Below, in pieces: positions 25,574-39,517 of a DNA stretch of 64,000 bases; position 1 is the stretch's first letter; each line of letters opens with the position of its first letter. Position numbers and translations under genes: made by a program. Below the pieces are notes generated by a model. The model was given only the letters and a program-made list of their open reading frames with translations, was not told the origin of the DNA and did no database searches. The DNA is from Coniocarpon cinnabarinum (lineage: Eukaryota): NCBI GenBank assembly GCA_051942205.1, contig JAVECO010000024.1, forward strand, positions 62,001-126,000, given 5' to 3'.

Positions 25574-26280
25574 GACCCGCCTGAACAAAATTGGATTTGA
25601 TCGACTGCTACGATAGATGACTGGAAGCTGCGGCAGCTGTGCTCTCCTCGCTAAAATTGTATAGATAGACTACTCATATTATTCCAACACAGATGCTGTT
25701 TGCCTCATTATGGCCAAGTTATTTGGAAGAAGCAACGATGCATACCAAGACTTGGATCCGAGACAGTGGTCAGTTAAACGCCCTGCGGCTAAACGATGTT
25801 TATATTGCCATTCAGGAATGTTATTGGGCCAGTGACAAACTCGATTGAGCTATATTAAGCGAGCACAGAACCTCAGACATGCAATACCGGCGTTTACGAA
25901 ATCTACCGACTGGCCAGATCACAGGATGAGATGGATTCTGTGCCTATTGCGTATCGTGGTGGAGCATCCCCTCGCTCACCATGGAAGATTGGAAACTCGC
26001 AGCGAGGCTGGAAAGGGCGCGCCACAACAAACGTCTCTGAGTCGTCTCATCTGCACTCTCCACCACCTTTTCTGATTTACCAGACTCGTCAATCCGATGT
26101 TTCCAATCCTGTCCTCCTAGCAAAAGTCCGTAATGTTCTTAAGCATTGCCATTTCCACCTCTGGTTTCTTGTTTGCGGTCCTCTTCCTTCATACACAGCC
26201 TGCACACTTCAAGGCACTGGTGTATCGTGAGGCATCACTTGCTTCTTGATTCAACTACAGCCATCTCATCCCGTACTACA

Positions 26281-27586
26281 ATGGGGGTCTTCAGCCAGTT
26301 TCTGGCCCTGACTATGGTACCACTGGTTTACGCCACAGCATCCACGTCCACTCATCAACGCTGCTTGACCAAACAAGATCTCACTGCCCCTCTTTCTGTT
26401 CCAACTGGCATCCACACGCAGATCCGTTTCCACAATGCTACAGTCGTGCACACAGTCTATGATGCTGTGACAGTTTCAGCGTCAGTAATTCCACTCACAA
26501 GCACTGTGTTCTCTACAACGACAACAGTCAGCACGCCGCAGCCATCCTCTGGCCTCCTCACGGTTACAAGCACCCTTTTCTCTACGAGCACCGCCACTCG
26601 CACGATAACAGATGTCTCCACCAGCACAGTCTCGAGCACTGTCACAGCCAGTGTTAGCACTTCGACTGTTGGCGCTTCGTCCGGGTTCGTGCCAATCGCG
26701 TCGGCTGTTGCGTCGAGATCGATGAACGCCAAGCGTGGATCGGGCCTGGTAGACCGCATTCGCAACCACAAATATGCCCCGATCAAGGATATCACTTCGA
26801 GCCTCGCACCCAAGTGCACCTTACGTAACCCATCAGGACAAAAGCCATACTTTGAGCCACCTGTATACCCACAGAGAGTAGATTGCACTGACGTGCTCCA
26901 CGTCTACGCAACACAAACTCAGCAGGCTACCGGCACAAGTACCCAAATCGTTGGAGTCAGCGCCCAGCTTCCCTTGGTGACAGTAAGATCATCGTGACAT
27001 GCAGGCAGACAGACACGACAGCTGACACGTGCTACGCAGATCACGCAAGGCGTTACCGTCACCTCCGTCGCCAGTGTACCTGGGGTCACGGCGACCCTTA
27101 CTGTCAGCAGCACCTCCGCCATTCGAAGCACATCGACCACGGTGGTATGTGATAGCGACCTTCTCATCCAAGCCATCCGACCAGGCTGGGCGCTAATTGA
27201 AGCTTCAGGTTTCCTCCACTAGCACTACCACCACTACGATCACTTCCACGCCCCCTGCCGCGACCGCGTATGCTGCGTGTGCAGCCAACAATTACGTTGA
27301 TTCTGTTGATGGCCGCCAATTGACCGGCACCTTTGGCACTAGGCCAGACGTAACCAGCACAGCCAACGCGACTGATTGTTGCATGGCATGCGTCGAGACG
27401 GGAATCACTTGCGGCGCGTTCGCGTTTCTCAGCGACGATGACAGCTGCTTGCTTTACCATCCGCCTTCGACCGCCACGTGTGACACGCAGCAGCAAGCCG
27501 CCTCACTGAAGCTGGCGCAAGATGGTGACGAGGGAGCCACGGCGGGCAATTCGAATTGCGGACTATTCGGGGTTCAGGATCTTTGA
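26281..27586 (+). CDS. Secreted Ser/Thr-rich protein with C-terminal Cys-rich (PAN/Apple-like) domain, ~3 exons
   Basis: Signal peptide MGVFSQFLALTMVPLVYA, S/T-rich body, YPQRVDC, and C-terminal YAACAANN...DCCMAC...CGAFAF...SCLL...GNSNCG. Confidence 0.78.
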
Positions 27587-28348
27587 GCCGGTGATTGGGA
27601 ACGCAAGGTGCGTGCAGAGGACGACGACAGTGAGAGGCAAAATGCATACTAGGTTTCCCTTGTTATTGTCCACCCTCATTTCTATTGGATCAGCGGTCTT
27701 ATTCTGATGTAGAAGCTTTTGGAGGGGAACCTGTTACGGATGTAATACAAGATAGATGCGATGGGTGCGGTGAACAGGGTTTATCATTCTGTGCGCGGTA
27801 ATGTCTGTGAAACTCAGCTGTATCCCGTCACCTGCGGAGTCCGATCTGTGACCCTGTCCTCAAGCACGGTCACGTGCTTAGAATAATCTTGGTCATCACC
27901 TGTTTATGTACGGTGAGGTGCTTGCTCCCAGACTCACTTCGCATTTCTGATCCACTGAACAAGTCGCCATTGCCTGTGAGCAATGTGTCATAGCATATCA
28001 CGACCACCTTGCCGCGCACGTCGTAAGCCGCGGCACGGCTCGCATGAGCCTCGAGTCATGACCCGCCAACAATGCCATTGAACTTCGGCCCCTACTAATC
28101 TGCAGCCAAACGGCTGCGAGGCAAGCAGGTCGCGCAGGTCCCTGGCCATCGTCAAAATGGCTTCCGTGTCCTGCTCGTCTCCTGTTTCATTGCATCACAC
28201 TGCTTCGATGTCCGTCTCCATCTCCACCTCTGGTCCAATGCGTGGTGAGGCGAAACAAGGAGGTAGGGGAGAATAGAACGCAAGCGCCTGTGCTTGCGTG
28301 ATGAACGGCTTTCTTGAATAGTAGTAGAAGCGTGTGGCTCCTTGCAAG

Positions 28349-29940
28349 ATGAGCAGCACCGGCTTATCGCGCCTTTTTTCGACTCGAAACTATACCTATG
28401 ATGCAGTCTCGCAACCTTTCTTTGGCATCACCAAACTGAGCAAATACTACTACGATGTACCCGACAATGGCCTCGAGGAGCGTTTTCGCACTCACAAGAT
28501 TCGGTATGCCCTTCAGCCCATGCTTCAGATGCCTTAAGATGTTGACAGTCTCTCAGTATACGCTGGACGTTACTCGTCGGCGTAATTGTGACCTTCTTCC
28601 TCACTGTTGGCTCGGCATCCAGCTTTTGTCGGGTCTATCCACACTTTTCGAGAGCATTGCAGATTGAGCAGTTCTACGACTCTTACCCCTTACATCCCAC
28701 TTGCTCAAGCTCTTCTCTGCCAGAAGCGATTGTATTCGTAAGTTCTCCCATGCTGTGTTTGAAGGATACCTCGAAAGATCTTGCTACGGGAGTAGATTGC
28801 ACTCTACGTCATGGTTGTTTTTCGTTGTCACGCACACTAAGAAACGCGTTCCTCATCAGATGCCTGCCTCTCTTTACTGGACCACACGTCACCTGCTCGT
28901 TCTTCTGGACCGACCTGCACCACGGTTTCTGTCCATTTCCGACCGGTGGCCGAGGTCAATTCTCTTCCATTTTCCGAAACATCCAGTTTGGTTCATCATA
29001 GTCGAACTCTTGCTCTCCGCAGCGCTAGTGGGCACTGGCATTAACGTCGTGGGCCCCATGGCTTCAGCTTTGGATTCAGATCGGAATGATTATATCGACC
29101 TTCGTGCTCGTCTTCGCGGAGGCGCAAGTATCGCTGTTACGGCGGGGAGTTTGGTTGTGGTTCTCGGGTAAGTTTTAGCTTCACTCTGCAAAACCATTCC
29201 ACCAGATAGGCACCAGCGCTCTCAAAAAGCATGACTGTTGATGGCGTAGAATCCACTTTACTTTCACGAATCCCTTCTGCGCTGGGACTTCTCATTAAAA
29301 CTAACCAGCCTTCAGCGCCCTCCACTTCATATTCTTCGCCTTGGCTTGCGACGACGAGCACGCCCGCCGCACCGCCTCCAACGTCCCAGCTTTGCGCCGC
29401 CGTACCCAAGAACTCGCTGCTCAGATCATCTCAAGCACAGAAACGCATCACACGATGAAACGTCGCCTTTCGCCTACTCCAGGTTCCTTCGAACCGTCGC
29501 TCACCAAGCTTTCTATCCCACAATCCAAGACACGCGCAGGACCCGGCGCAAAAGACCTGTTGAGGTCCCCGGCGTCTGACCACCTTTTCGCACAGACGAG
29601 TCCCGTTCCGCGTCCTCATCGGAGACAGCAGAGCGCTGATCAGGCACCTGAGATCATTCCACCGAAACATGCGAGGAGTTCGAGTGGACTGCGGTTCCCG
29701 AAACTGGTGAGTCGGTACAATGAGCGCTTTGGCAGGGGAGAAGATCAGGCTGTGCTGTCGGGGCATGAAGACGAGGGGACGGGAGCTAATACCGCGAAGG
29801 ATGCCCAGGGCGCGATGGAGAGTGGTGATATAACGTATGGGCAAGCAGGCGTGGGAGTAGACGATAGGCGAAAAAGTTGGGAGAGCGGCTTCGAAGACAT
29901 TTCGTTGGTGGACAGACGTCGATTGGAGAGTGGAGTGTAG
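28349..29940 (+). CDS. Multi-exon membrane protein (~4 TM segments plus hydrophilic C-tail), unknown function
   Basis: GTATGC/GTAAGT donors link hydrophobic exons (WTLLVGVIVTFFLTVG; WFIIVELLLSAALVG; FSALHFIFFALAC) to ORF 29341-29940. Confidence 0.65.
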
Positions 29941-30588
29941 GTTGAGGTTGTGTTTGTTTCTAAATGCTACATGAGCGGGTTGCCGGTCTTTAGCGCGGGA
30001 TATACACAAGTATTGTGTAGCATTTAAGTAAGTGTGGAACAATGAGATTCTCGCAAGGTGAATGTCTAAGAGTAGCACTAAGCAAATTCAAAGCATTTCG
30101 TGCTCTACTAGGAAGGCCCTGTGTTATCACCTCGACGCTTTCTGATGTAGATTTACCAAACGATGTCTTCCTTCGACGTCCGCTATATAGCACTACAGCC
30201 GCATTCGCTTGTGGCTAATATGTACGGAGTTACACACTTGATTCCGGAAAGAGCTGATAGGGAACGATGTAGTCAGCGCAGACGAAATATCAATCTTGCA
30301 CTCTGACCACAGGTGAAGGAACTTCGCCGTCATCTCACTGGTATGAGGCCCCAAAGAAAAGGCGGCATTGAGCTGTGACATGGCAAGACATCTGTCCTCT
30401 TCACGTCCTCCTTGCGAATGGCATCATGTAGAAATTCCAGGAAGCAGATAAATCTGCATTCACATCCGTTCTACTTTTGTGGTTACGCACTAATTGGTTA
30501 TGTTCCCTGCCGGCGCACGTAGCCTCTCCTTGCCTGTTTCCACCACGCAACATAGCAATGCATCCTCATATGTGATACCAGATCTGCT

Positions 30589-32997
30589 CTAATCCAACTC
30601 AACATAGTTTGCAGGGAACAGGCCTCGTTGCCCATTGAACTCGCCGAGCCACCAGTCTTCGTCTGGAAACTCCTGTTGCTTGTCAGCTTCACCTTTGCTG
30701 ATAGATAAATTGCGGTAGCTGGTAGGAAGAGGACTTACCACATCCGTGATCTTGGCACCTTCGGGGAAGGTCAGCTCGTTCTCCTCCGCAGCTTCATAGT
30801 CGTATTGCGCAGTTGCGGTCTTTCCTCTCGAAGGTGCAGGGGCCGCAGCACCAGCCGCAGCACCAGCGCTGGCACCGCCACCCTCAACAAGCTCCACGTA
30901 ATTACTGGGAAACAGTCCCTGCTCCCCCTTCTTGTTGACACCCATCCACCAATCGTCGTCCACCATATCAATGCCCGTGATTTGCTCCCCTTCGCGCAGC
31001 TCGATCTCGTTGTCTTCTGCCTTCTCATAATCGTACTGGGCGATGGCCGTCCTGCCCTTTGTTCCTCCAGTGGTAGGGGCAGCAGCCTGCTCGGCCACTG
31101 CACGTGCCGTATCGTCGTCTTCTACAGCTGGCTCGGCGTCGAGACGAGACTCAGAGGGCAGTGCTCTCTCGAGCGATCGTACAGGCATGACCGGAGCTTC
31201 TTCCTCCTCTTCCGCTTTGGGTAATGGTGCTGGCTCTTCCGTCCGCGCAATTGGTCGTGCGATCCGAATGGGGCTTTGTGGGCGGAGCGCCGCCTCATCC
31301 CCGGGTCCCTCATCTTCATCTTCATCTTCGTCGTCGGGACGTGGAACCTGCGGTGGAGGCGGCGGCACACGTTGCGTTTCCTCTGCGGGGCGCGCAGCGT
31401 TGGGTTTGCTGGTGATGTCCATTGGCGGAGGTGGCCCGGAGGCAGCAGACGGGATTGGTGCATTCTTGAAGCGGTCGCGCATTGCGGAGACGCCACCCGC
31501 AGGTGTCGACGCAGGCTCTTCGTCTCGTGCAGAGATTGGAGCAGCGTCATCTTCACCAGTGCGATTGGACGAGGCCCCCGAAGCGCCCGTTTTGGTTGTT
31601 TGCACTGCGTCCCATTTCTTGCCACTGTAACTCGACTGCCATCCCCCAGCTTGACCTCCACCGGAAGTCTGCGCAGGAATAGTGCGTGACGTATCGGCTG
31701 ATGGAGTTGGTGCTCCTCCAGCCATGGCTCTCCTTTCGGCCCATTGTTGAGCGGGTGTTTTGCCGGCGGAGTCTGCAAAGGTGCGACCAGCGGCGCCAAC
31801 TTGCGCATTAGGAACAGAGGGCTGGCTGTCGAAACTCGTCGGTAACGGGGCACGCGTGCCTGTGAAGTTTGATGAGCCCAAGCCACCAGCAGGTTTGGGC
31901 TTTGGTAGCGCCGAGAGGCGGCCAGACCCTGCATCGTTATCTGCTGAGCGTTGCGACGTGCCCGTTGCCGAGGGGCTCATGGATGCAGGGGGTGAAGCAG
32001 ACCCTCCAGGCCCTTGAGCTCTTGCGCGGATGGCGCCTATGTCGACCTTGCCCACGGGCTCGTAAGAGCCTTTAACGGCTGTGGGCCTTTCGTCTCGGAC
32101 GGCCCCCTTTTCTTGCGCCTCGCGGCGTATAGCGGCGATGTCAACTTTGCCGATGGGTTGGTAGCCTCCTTTTACAACGTCAGGGTTCCCATTGGAGGAT
32201 GGAGTGGGTTGTTGGAAGCGTGAAGGTTCTTGTCGCTGGGATGATAATGATGCCATGTCAACGTTAGTTCTTTGATATGCAGGTGCGACCTTCTCGAGTT
32301 GTGATCGTGTTGGCTGCGGCGCGTCAGCCCATCCATCACTGCTATCGGCTGTCGATGTGGAGGGAGCAACAGTGGGTCTTGTTCGACCTGCACCGAGAGG
32401 GTTGAAATTGCCGCCGCCGCCTCCGACCCTGGACGGTGTGAAGACCGGCTTGCTTGCTACAGGTGGTTTTGGTGCATCCTGTGCAGAGGATACTGCGCCA
32501 CCGCCGGAGTATTTCGAGCCTGACGCGTCTTGCACCTTTTTCACAATAGTTTCAGGTATCAGATCGGCGTCTGTGCGAGCGTTGATCTGGACGTGGTAGC
32601 CTTGGAAGACCTTCTGCACGGCTGAAGTATATCCGCTGTAGTAGCCCTTGGTTCGCTCAGGCACACCGTCGCCGCACCATGCAATCAGGACGTTTTTCGG
32701 TAGGGTGGTGTTGGGGTCTTTAATTCTGACGAAGCCATATTGAATCTTTCCCTCAGAAAACTCATCGGCCATGTCGAGCAGCTCACCTTCGCCCGTGCGG
32801 AAGACTCGCAAGACGCTGTCCTGACTCCCTGCATTCTGGAAGGCACTGACGAGCGGTGCTTGCACTGAGAAGATTGCCCATTGGCCGTACGTCGGAGACG
32901 AAGCTGCGCTTGCGTTGGCGGGACCAGGTGATTCGACAACGGATCTGTAAGCTTTGTTGATGGCCGGGCCTTCGATTGATGTGTTGAGGGATGCCAT
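30589..32997 (-). CDS. ABP1: Actin-binding protein Abp1 (ADF-H domain, Pro-rich region, two SH3 domains); in-frame 66-nt intron at 30673-30738
   Basis: ADF-H domain (YGFVRIKDPNTTLPKNVLIAWCGDGVPERTKG), repeated YxP(I/V)GKVDI motif, two SH3 domains (AQYDYE..EDNE...WW.G...GLFP.NYVEL). Confidence 0.95.
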   Translation of the reverse strand: MASLNTSIEGPAINKAYRSVVESPGPANASAASSPTYGQWAIFSVQAPLVSAFQNAGSQDSVLRVFRTGEGELLDMADEFSEGKIQYGFVRIKDPNTTLPKNVLIAWCGDGVPERTKGYYSGYTSAVQKVFQGYHVQINARTDADLIPETIVKKVQDASGSKYSGGGAVSSAQDAPKPPVASKPVFTPSRVGGGGGNFNPLGAGRTRPTVAPSTSTADSSDGWADAPQPTRSQLEKVAPAYQRTNVDMASLSSQRQEPSRFQQPTPSSNGNPDVVKGGYQPIGKVDIAAIRREAQEKGAVRDERPTAVKGSYEPVGKVDIGAIRARAQGPGGSASPPASMSPSATGTSQRSADNDAGSGRLSALPKPKPAGGLGSSNFTGTRAPLPTSFDSQPSVPNAQVGAAGRTFADSAGKTPAQQWAERRAMAGGAPTPSADTSRTIPAQTSGGGQAGGWQSSYSGKKWDAVQTTKTGASGASSNRTGEDDAAPISARDEEPASTPAGGVSAMRDRFKNAPIPSAASGPPPPMDITSKPNAARPAEETQRVPPPPPQVPRPDDEDEDEDEGPGDEAALRPQSPIRIARPIARTEEPAPLPKAEEEEEAPVMPVRSLERALPSESRLDAEPAVEDDDTARAVAEQAAAPTTGGTKGRTAIAQYDYEKAEDNEIELREGEQITGIDMVDDDWWMGVNKKGEQGLFPSNYVELVEGGGASAGAAAGAAAPAPSRGKTATAQYDYEAAEENELTFPEGAKITDVVSPLPTSYRNLSISKGEADKQQEFPDEDWWLGEFNGQRGLFPANYVELD

Positions 32998-33438
32998 GTC
33001 GGGATGTGTGTGAAGCGTCACAAAGGCACGGGCAAGAGGACGCGGATTGAATAATTCTTTGCTGCGGCCTGCCGCAAAGGGTGGGTGATGCTGTACCTAC
33101 CTTACCTCTACAGCCTGGTCTGTGAGCGCCACACCGTCAGCTCAGTGGCGGTGCAACATCATGTGACTCAGAAAACCACTCCGAGCACCCTGCCCAGACG
33201 TATTTTCCCCGCAGAGCAGCACGGCAAGGCTTCGACTTCACTCGCTCACCCTTTGCCACGTCAGCAACCCAACTGTCCCACCTGACCCCGAGCCAACGAT
33301 CTGCGGCGTGGTTAAAAGCGGTTGGACCGCGCCCGATCTCTGACCCTCCTCGCAAAACAGCTCCCCCCCACCATCACATACGTGTCGCGAGTTTCGCAAA
33401 GGGCGGCCGTCTCTAGGAATGCTGGTCATCTCCGACAG

Positions 33439-36400
33439 ATGTCACACAGCTCGGTCAATGGGCAATCCGGTCAAGACAGCAACATCGTGGAGCCTTTTGC
33501 CCCGCCAGCGGACGTCTTGGTGACCACAGAACAACCCGCTCTGTCCAGCACACCCCTCAAACGGAAACCGGATGACCATGGACTCGAGCAGGCAAGAGAC
33601 AAGCGCCACAAGACACACACGCCTGTGGAACGTTCCACTGAGCACCACCGACCCTCGGACAGTTCTCGGTTCCCATGCGAAATCTGGCAGCATGTCTTTT
33701 CTTTCCTCCCACCTGGAAGCTTGCCCTTGGTCCTTCGGACTTGTCGTCGTTTCTACAACTATCTCACGGATGCTTCGTTGAGTTCCTCGAGCTGTACGAC
33801 ACCCCGCGGCCTGTGCACTGTGCATCCGGACTTGGTGTGGCGAGCGTCTCGGATCAGATGGCTTCCTGTCATCCCTCATTTTCCTCCCCCGGGATTCAGC
33901 GAGCGTGAGCTTTTCCAATTTCTTGGTCGTGAGGATTGCCAGTTCTGCGGTAAAGTATCGACTCCTCTTTCGGCATCTACCGCATGGACGCCCGGGCCCG
34001 GTCTGACCGGCGTGCGTCGTGTTTGGTCTTTCAACATCCGTAGCTGCGGCCCGTGCTTGGCCCAGCGTGTCCAAGATGACAAGTCTTTGATGTTCTCCGA
34101 CTATTCAGTCATGCTCTCTGTAGTTCCTTTCCTTTTCCTCACTGAGGATAATCATGTCCTTTCTCCTTCTGCTTTTCGTTTGGCGGGTGGAATTCCCGAA
34201 AATATTCGTATTCAAAAGGTTTTCTTATTGTCTCAACTCGAATCCTTGCAGGAAAAACTTCGTCACGCGAAAGAGAAGGATCAACAGCAAGCCAAAGACC
34301 TGCTTCATGCACTGTCCGATGAGCTACCGTCTACGAACGAGCTTTTTAGTGCGTGGGAGCACTGGGCAACCGTAGAAAACGTGCATCGTTTCAGAACACC
34401 ATTATTAGGTCACTGTTTGAAGAGGTTCCGCGATGGCAAAAGCGCCAAAAACGTAGAAGGCGCCGATGGTATGTCAGTCACTACACATACATCGTTGAAA
34501 GTAATCGCAGGCTTCCATGGCTTCACATGAAGAAACACAAGACCTTGCAGCTGAGCTGAGGCTCTGGTTCTACACCTGCTGACGTATTGTAGACGAAGCC
34601 TCAGTCGGGGATGTAACGGAAACACACTCTCGTGGCAGCTCTGCGCCACACCGGCCTCCAACACGTAGTAAAGCTGATGCACACGAAGCGAAGGTGGGTC
34701 GCCGTGCTGAGATTGAGCGAAGATGTGCCAAACTTTCTCCCCCACTGGACGGAATTCTTTTGGAGCATATGGACGCCTTTGGAGCCGCCATGCAGATTTC
34801 AATGCCTCTCACCGAAGATGCGTGGCAATTACTGAAGCCCAAATTGCTCGCCCAACGGCGAGTTGCCCAGCAGCGACTCAGGGAGCAACAAGCTGCAAGT
34901 CATGCATTCGAAGCAACTACTGATCCCACTGCCGAAAAAGCTCTTGATACTGACGAAGTCAAAGAACGGTGGGAAAAGTTTCAGAGGCCAGTTCGCGCCG
35001 ACCTAGAGCGCTATGTAGATGAGCTAACCCGCGACACATGGGCTGATGGCAAAGCTGTCAACCGCCACACAGCACCACGTTTTGCTGCTGAGGCTCTGGT
35101 GTCCGCACGCAACCGCTATGCGAGTGAAAGACCAGAAAGAATGCAATCTGGGAATGCTTTTCGCTTAGTATTACATAATATGAAGTGGGTATATGAGCAT
35201 AAAATCAAGCCATTGACCGAAGTAGCACATGGGGCGCGGGATATCTTCGCGTGCGCTGAATGTGGTGGTAGCCACAAGATGTTCGCCTTTGACAGTTTGA
35301 TCCAGCATTTTGCTGCTAAACATACAAGCAACTTCAGCTCGAAAGGATCAGGTATTGCTTGGTATGAAGCTCCTTGGCCACAACGACCGCCGTTCCGGAT
35401 ACCCGAGAGGAGCTCTGGGAGCACTGGACAACCGGTCGATCTGATTAGCCCTTCCGAGGATTCCCATACTTTTGGTGGCTCTCCCCCGTCGCACCCTGAT
35501 CAGAATACGCTTTATCAACCGGTCGCTTCTATGCACAGGCCTCCTCTGACCAGCCCTGGGTTTGCTCATGGCGCCTATGGACCTTTTGGTGCTTTTTCTA
35601 CCCCAAGCGCTGGATATTCCAGCATGGCAACCAGCCCAGCATACTCTGCGGGACATGCATACCCCCCTCCAAGTCGCTTCAGCTACCACACTAATGCCAC
35701 AAGCCCTTTTGACGTCTCTGGTCCTCCCTTTAGTCCTTATCACAACCCTCACACGCCGGTTCAAGTCACAGGTATTGCGGAGCAATGGGCCGGATCTCCA
35801 GGCTATCCCTCTCCAATCAAACCTCTATATCTTCCTTCGCCACACCTTGGCCAGCCATCTTTTTTGCAAGTTCAATCGGATGCTGTAGCTGCGATCGCGA
35901 AGGAAGTCTGGGATCTGCTTGTCCCCGTGAAGCAAATTCCACCTAGCGTGAGGTTTTATGTTCTAATCAATCATACAATCTCTCGTTTCAAGGAACAATT
36001 TAGCAATGAACCCAACATTGACCTATTTGCGCGGTGTGTGAATGACCACATCTCGTTACGCGCCATGAAGGATGCCAATGGTCTGGCTTGTAAAGTGTGT
36101 GTTTTAGAGAAGGAAAGTCGAGAAGAGGGCCATTCACATGCGTTTCCCCTCACGGGTGGCGAGCGCAAGCTCTACTCCTTTTCCTCGCTCTTGTCGCATT
36201 TCAAACAAGTTCATGTTGAAACGAAACTGGCATTAGAGAATGCACAAACTCACGACGACCCGGAGGATCTCACCCGCCACGATTGGAAAGAAGACATGAT
36301 TGAGCTGCCTGACGATTCGCTTATTGAAGGTCTCATGCGCTTGCAAGGCATGTCGGATCCCCATCGTATGGTCATTGTTAAGGCAGCATTTCCCACCCTT

Positions 36401-37042
36401 TTTGAGAACGTGGAGGTAGCTTCGACAGCCGTACATCCAGCATCAGCCCCGGGACAATGGCAGACTTCTCACGAAGCCATGGGCCCACCTGATTCCCATC
36501 TTCGAACTGAAACGAGTGATGCGTTAGCTACACAAGGCTTCATCAAAATTGAGCCAGGCGACCCGTATGCTGGACCGTATGCGTTTCCTGCTGCAACTCC
36601 CATCCAGATTGGCCCGCGTGACACAGCGAGACAACCCGTGTCCAACCAAGGTTATGGACATGGGCGATACCGTGGTCAGGAGCAGCGGAGGAGCTATCGC
36701 TCCCCGTGGAATGGCCATTTGCAAAACTTCAGCGCTCGAAGAAGCACTAGATCTGATTCGACAGATAGCATCCCTGACGACTTGCTGCGCAGCTTGACGG
36801 GACCCCATCTTTCATCGCAGCAGTCCGAACCCACAGACCCAAGAGCACATGTTTATCTACGCCCTATGATACCCCCTTACCGTCGCGCTGGTCCTCCTTT
36901 CCCGCATTATCAGCCGTATGCTGTTACTCAGAGCGACGGTAATTACGGATACGTTTCACCGTCAGCGCTCGGTTTCGAGCCTGAGGAAGACGTCGAATAC
37001 ATACATGTTCAACGCAGCGATCGTAGCCATTACGGCTTTTAG
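33439..37042 (+). CDS. F-box-like / C2H2-like zinc-finger protein (conserved fungal type); introns around 34470-34690
   Basis: FPCEIWQHVFSFLPP F-box-like motif, CQFC...CGPC, CAEC...SLIQHFAAKH, CKVC...SLLSHFKQVH, and DWKEDMIELP. Confidence 0.75.
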
Positions 37043-37262
37043 ATACCCCTGAATAGCGTCAGAATTGAATTATTTCTGTTTTCTTGAGCATTTGTCATGC
37101 AATAAGCCCATGGTGTCAGTCTTTGAGTTGTAGCTGCTCCGCATGTTGATACTAAATTATCTTGAATGACGTCATTCAATCCACGAGCTCATCTGAAGCT
37201 TATGCTTGTCAACATTTGTTCCTGCAAATTAACCTCAACTTGTCTTTGCGAAGTAATCCAAA

Positions 37263-38051
37263 ATGCAATACAAGACAAGATCACTGAAACCCTCGCTCGA
37301 AATTGCCATTCGTCCACGAATCCTTGCCAAAGGCCCGCCGAGACGACCCCGGTTTTCACCTCTTTCGCCGCACGGCGTTGCGCGTGATCCCCTCCAGCTC
37401 AAGTCATACATATGCGCTCGCTGTCTCCAAACTACGGCGATAAAGAATCAGACATCAAGCGAACCGACAACAACACCAACGGCGTCATCCTCCCCATCCG
37501 CTCAAAAACAGCCTTCAGCCTACGACCTCTTCCCTGCCACCTTTCCCAATGGTCCGCCCCCTCACTCCCCCTTCTCCGTCGACGCCGCAGCTCTCCGTCG
37601 CGAATTCCTACAATTACAGGCACAGGCACATCCTGATCGCCACACTGAGCCAACGCTCAAATCTCGCGCCGAAGCTACCAGTGCCGCTCTCAACACTGCG
37701 TATCGCACGTTGCTCGACCCTTTACTCCGCGCACGGGAGAACCTCCGCACGCAGGCAAATATCGATCTCGAGAACGAAGAGGCTGCAAAAGAAGAAGATC
37801 AGGAGCTCTTAATGGTTGTGCTCGAGGCGCGCGAAGTGATTGAAAGCGCGGAGAGCGAGGAAGATCTGGAGAGCTTGAGGGAGGAGAATGAGGAGAGGAT
37901 AGGGAGCAGTGAGCGGGTGTTAGAAGACTGTCTTGGAAGGCAGGACTGGGAACGAGCGAGAGTGGAGGCGGTCAGGTTGAGATACTGGATGAATGTGAGG
38001 GACGCGATTCAAGGCTGGGAGAAGGGCAAGCCGACGGTGCTGGTGCATTGA
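37263..38051 (+). CDS. JAC1: Mitochondrial Fe-S cluster co-chaperone Jac1/HscB
   Basis: Basic presequence, J-domain with HPD (LQLQAQAHPD), LNTAYRTLLDPLLRA, and HscB C-domain (LMVVLEARE...RLRYW). Confidence 0.93.
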   Translation: MQYKTRSLKPSLEIAIRPRILAKGPPRRPRFSPLSPHGVARDPLQLKSYICARCLQTTAIKNQTSSEPTTTPTASSSPSAQKQPSAYDLFPATFPNGPPPHSPFSVDAAALRREFLQLQAQAHPDRHTEPTLKSRAEATSAALNTAYRTLLDPLLRARENLRTQANIDLENEEAAKEEDQELLMVVLEAREVIESAESEEDLESLREENEERIGSSERVLEDCLGRQDWERARVEAVRLRYWMNVRDAIQGWEKGKPTVLVH

Positions 38052-39517
38052 TATCATTTTGTCTAAGAATTTGTCTAAGAGGACCATGACAAAAGAATGG
38101 GTGACCGATTTGGGGATTCTACAGTGGACTGCGGCCGGCAATATAGATCTAACATTGCTTACTAGGATGCCGCGGGCTCCTGCGTGCTACGTCTTGAACA
38201 TGCACTGACATTTTCCCACCCTGCCGTGAACGATGAAATGAATTCACAACTACTGAGTGCTTCGTGGCCAAGATTGACAGCAGATTCGTATCTGTGTATT
38301 CCCTTTGAATATTTGGAATGAGGCTCAATCCATGGAAGCGACAAATTGTGCGATCTTTGCCATGGGTCTCGAAAAAGCAGCCGATGATGGCAATACCGGA
38401 GAGGTTCGGAAAATAACTTTTCCGCACTTCCCCTGAATGAACAAGGGGCGGTGTGTACTTGCAGATTTCTTTCTTCAGTTCACCAAAAAAACGGACATGC
38501 TTGCAATGCTTGCAATCTCGTAGGCTTTTATCATTAAGCTTTGTGTATGCCCATGAAAGTCGTCATCTCTTTTGCAAAAGATGTAAGACCCCTCTTATCG
38601 AATAGACAGCATAATGGACCTCGCTGCGTGCGGCTCGTATTGTGAGCTGCCTGTAAAGATGCAAAAGGACAGCCCCACTAGCCTGGTCAAGGCGGTAGTC
38701 AGTACCTATTGCATGTATTGAGATGCTTGACTATCGGGGAGTACTGCCCGTACATTCCACTCTACCTGCTATCAGCAGCAGCGTGCCACGTACTCGTGAT
38801 GTTTTTGAGCCGTGTCTGAATCGAGCAATAGAGCTGTCCAGTTATACGACTCCAAAAGATGACCGAGCGCATGCAGTCTCTCCAGTGGAGTGTATCGTCT
38901 GGTGAATGCGAATATACGCCCCGACACTTCACCGGTGACTCGACAATAACACTCGAGGCTGTGTGCTGCCGGGCGATAGTCATTCTGCTTGTAGACTTGC
39001 CATTGGTCTCCTTTTTTTTCCTAGCCTTTCATACAGAAGAAGCATTACCTTACTATGGGAGTCAAAAGATGGGAATACTGGCTTCAGAGCAGAGTGTTCT
39101 GTGTAATTGTGCTTGCTTCTCTTTTGAGCGTGTAGTGTCGCTATGAATACTCGATGCACAGGAACGAAGACACACATGCCAACAACCTCCCTGTACAATT
39201 TCTCGACAAAGTTTGTTGTACTGTGGTTGCTCGAACTTGCCCACATTGTTCCTTAATCTCCGAGTCAAGCCGACTCGTAAGGTACAGGCACGATGTGTGG
39301 TCACAGTGCGTCCAGCTCGGCTAGTGCTTCAATTCAACATCAACGAAAAGTTTTGTCTAAAGTCTACTGGTTACCTGTACCTCGATGGAGCCACAGGTGC
39401 AGCCATGGAGAAAATACTTAACGGCTGGCGAGATAACTGCATCTTGAGGAATTGCTCAAGTCAATCTACAATAACAACTACCATCAGCATCTGCGGAGAC
39501 AAGCACGACCCGCGACA

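Noticed and set aside
31122..31934. Long alternative-frame and antisense ORFs over ABP1 (also over VPS10, DNM1 and the vWA gene)
   Set aside because: Shadow ORFs of GC-rich coding sequence with no independent motifs.
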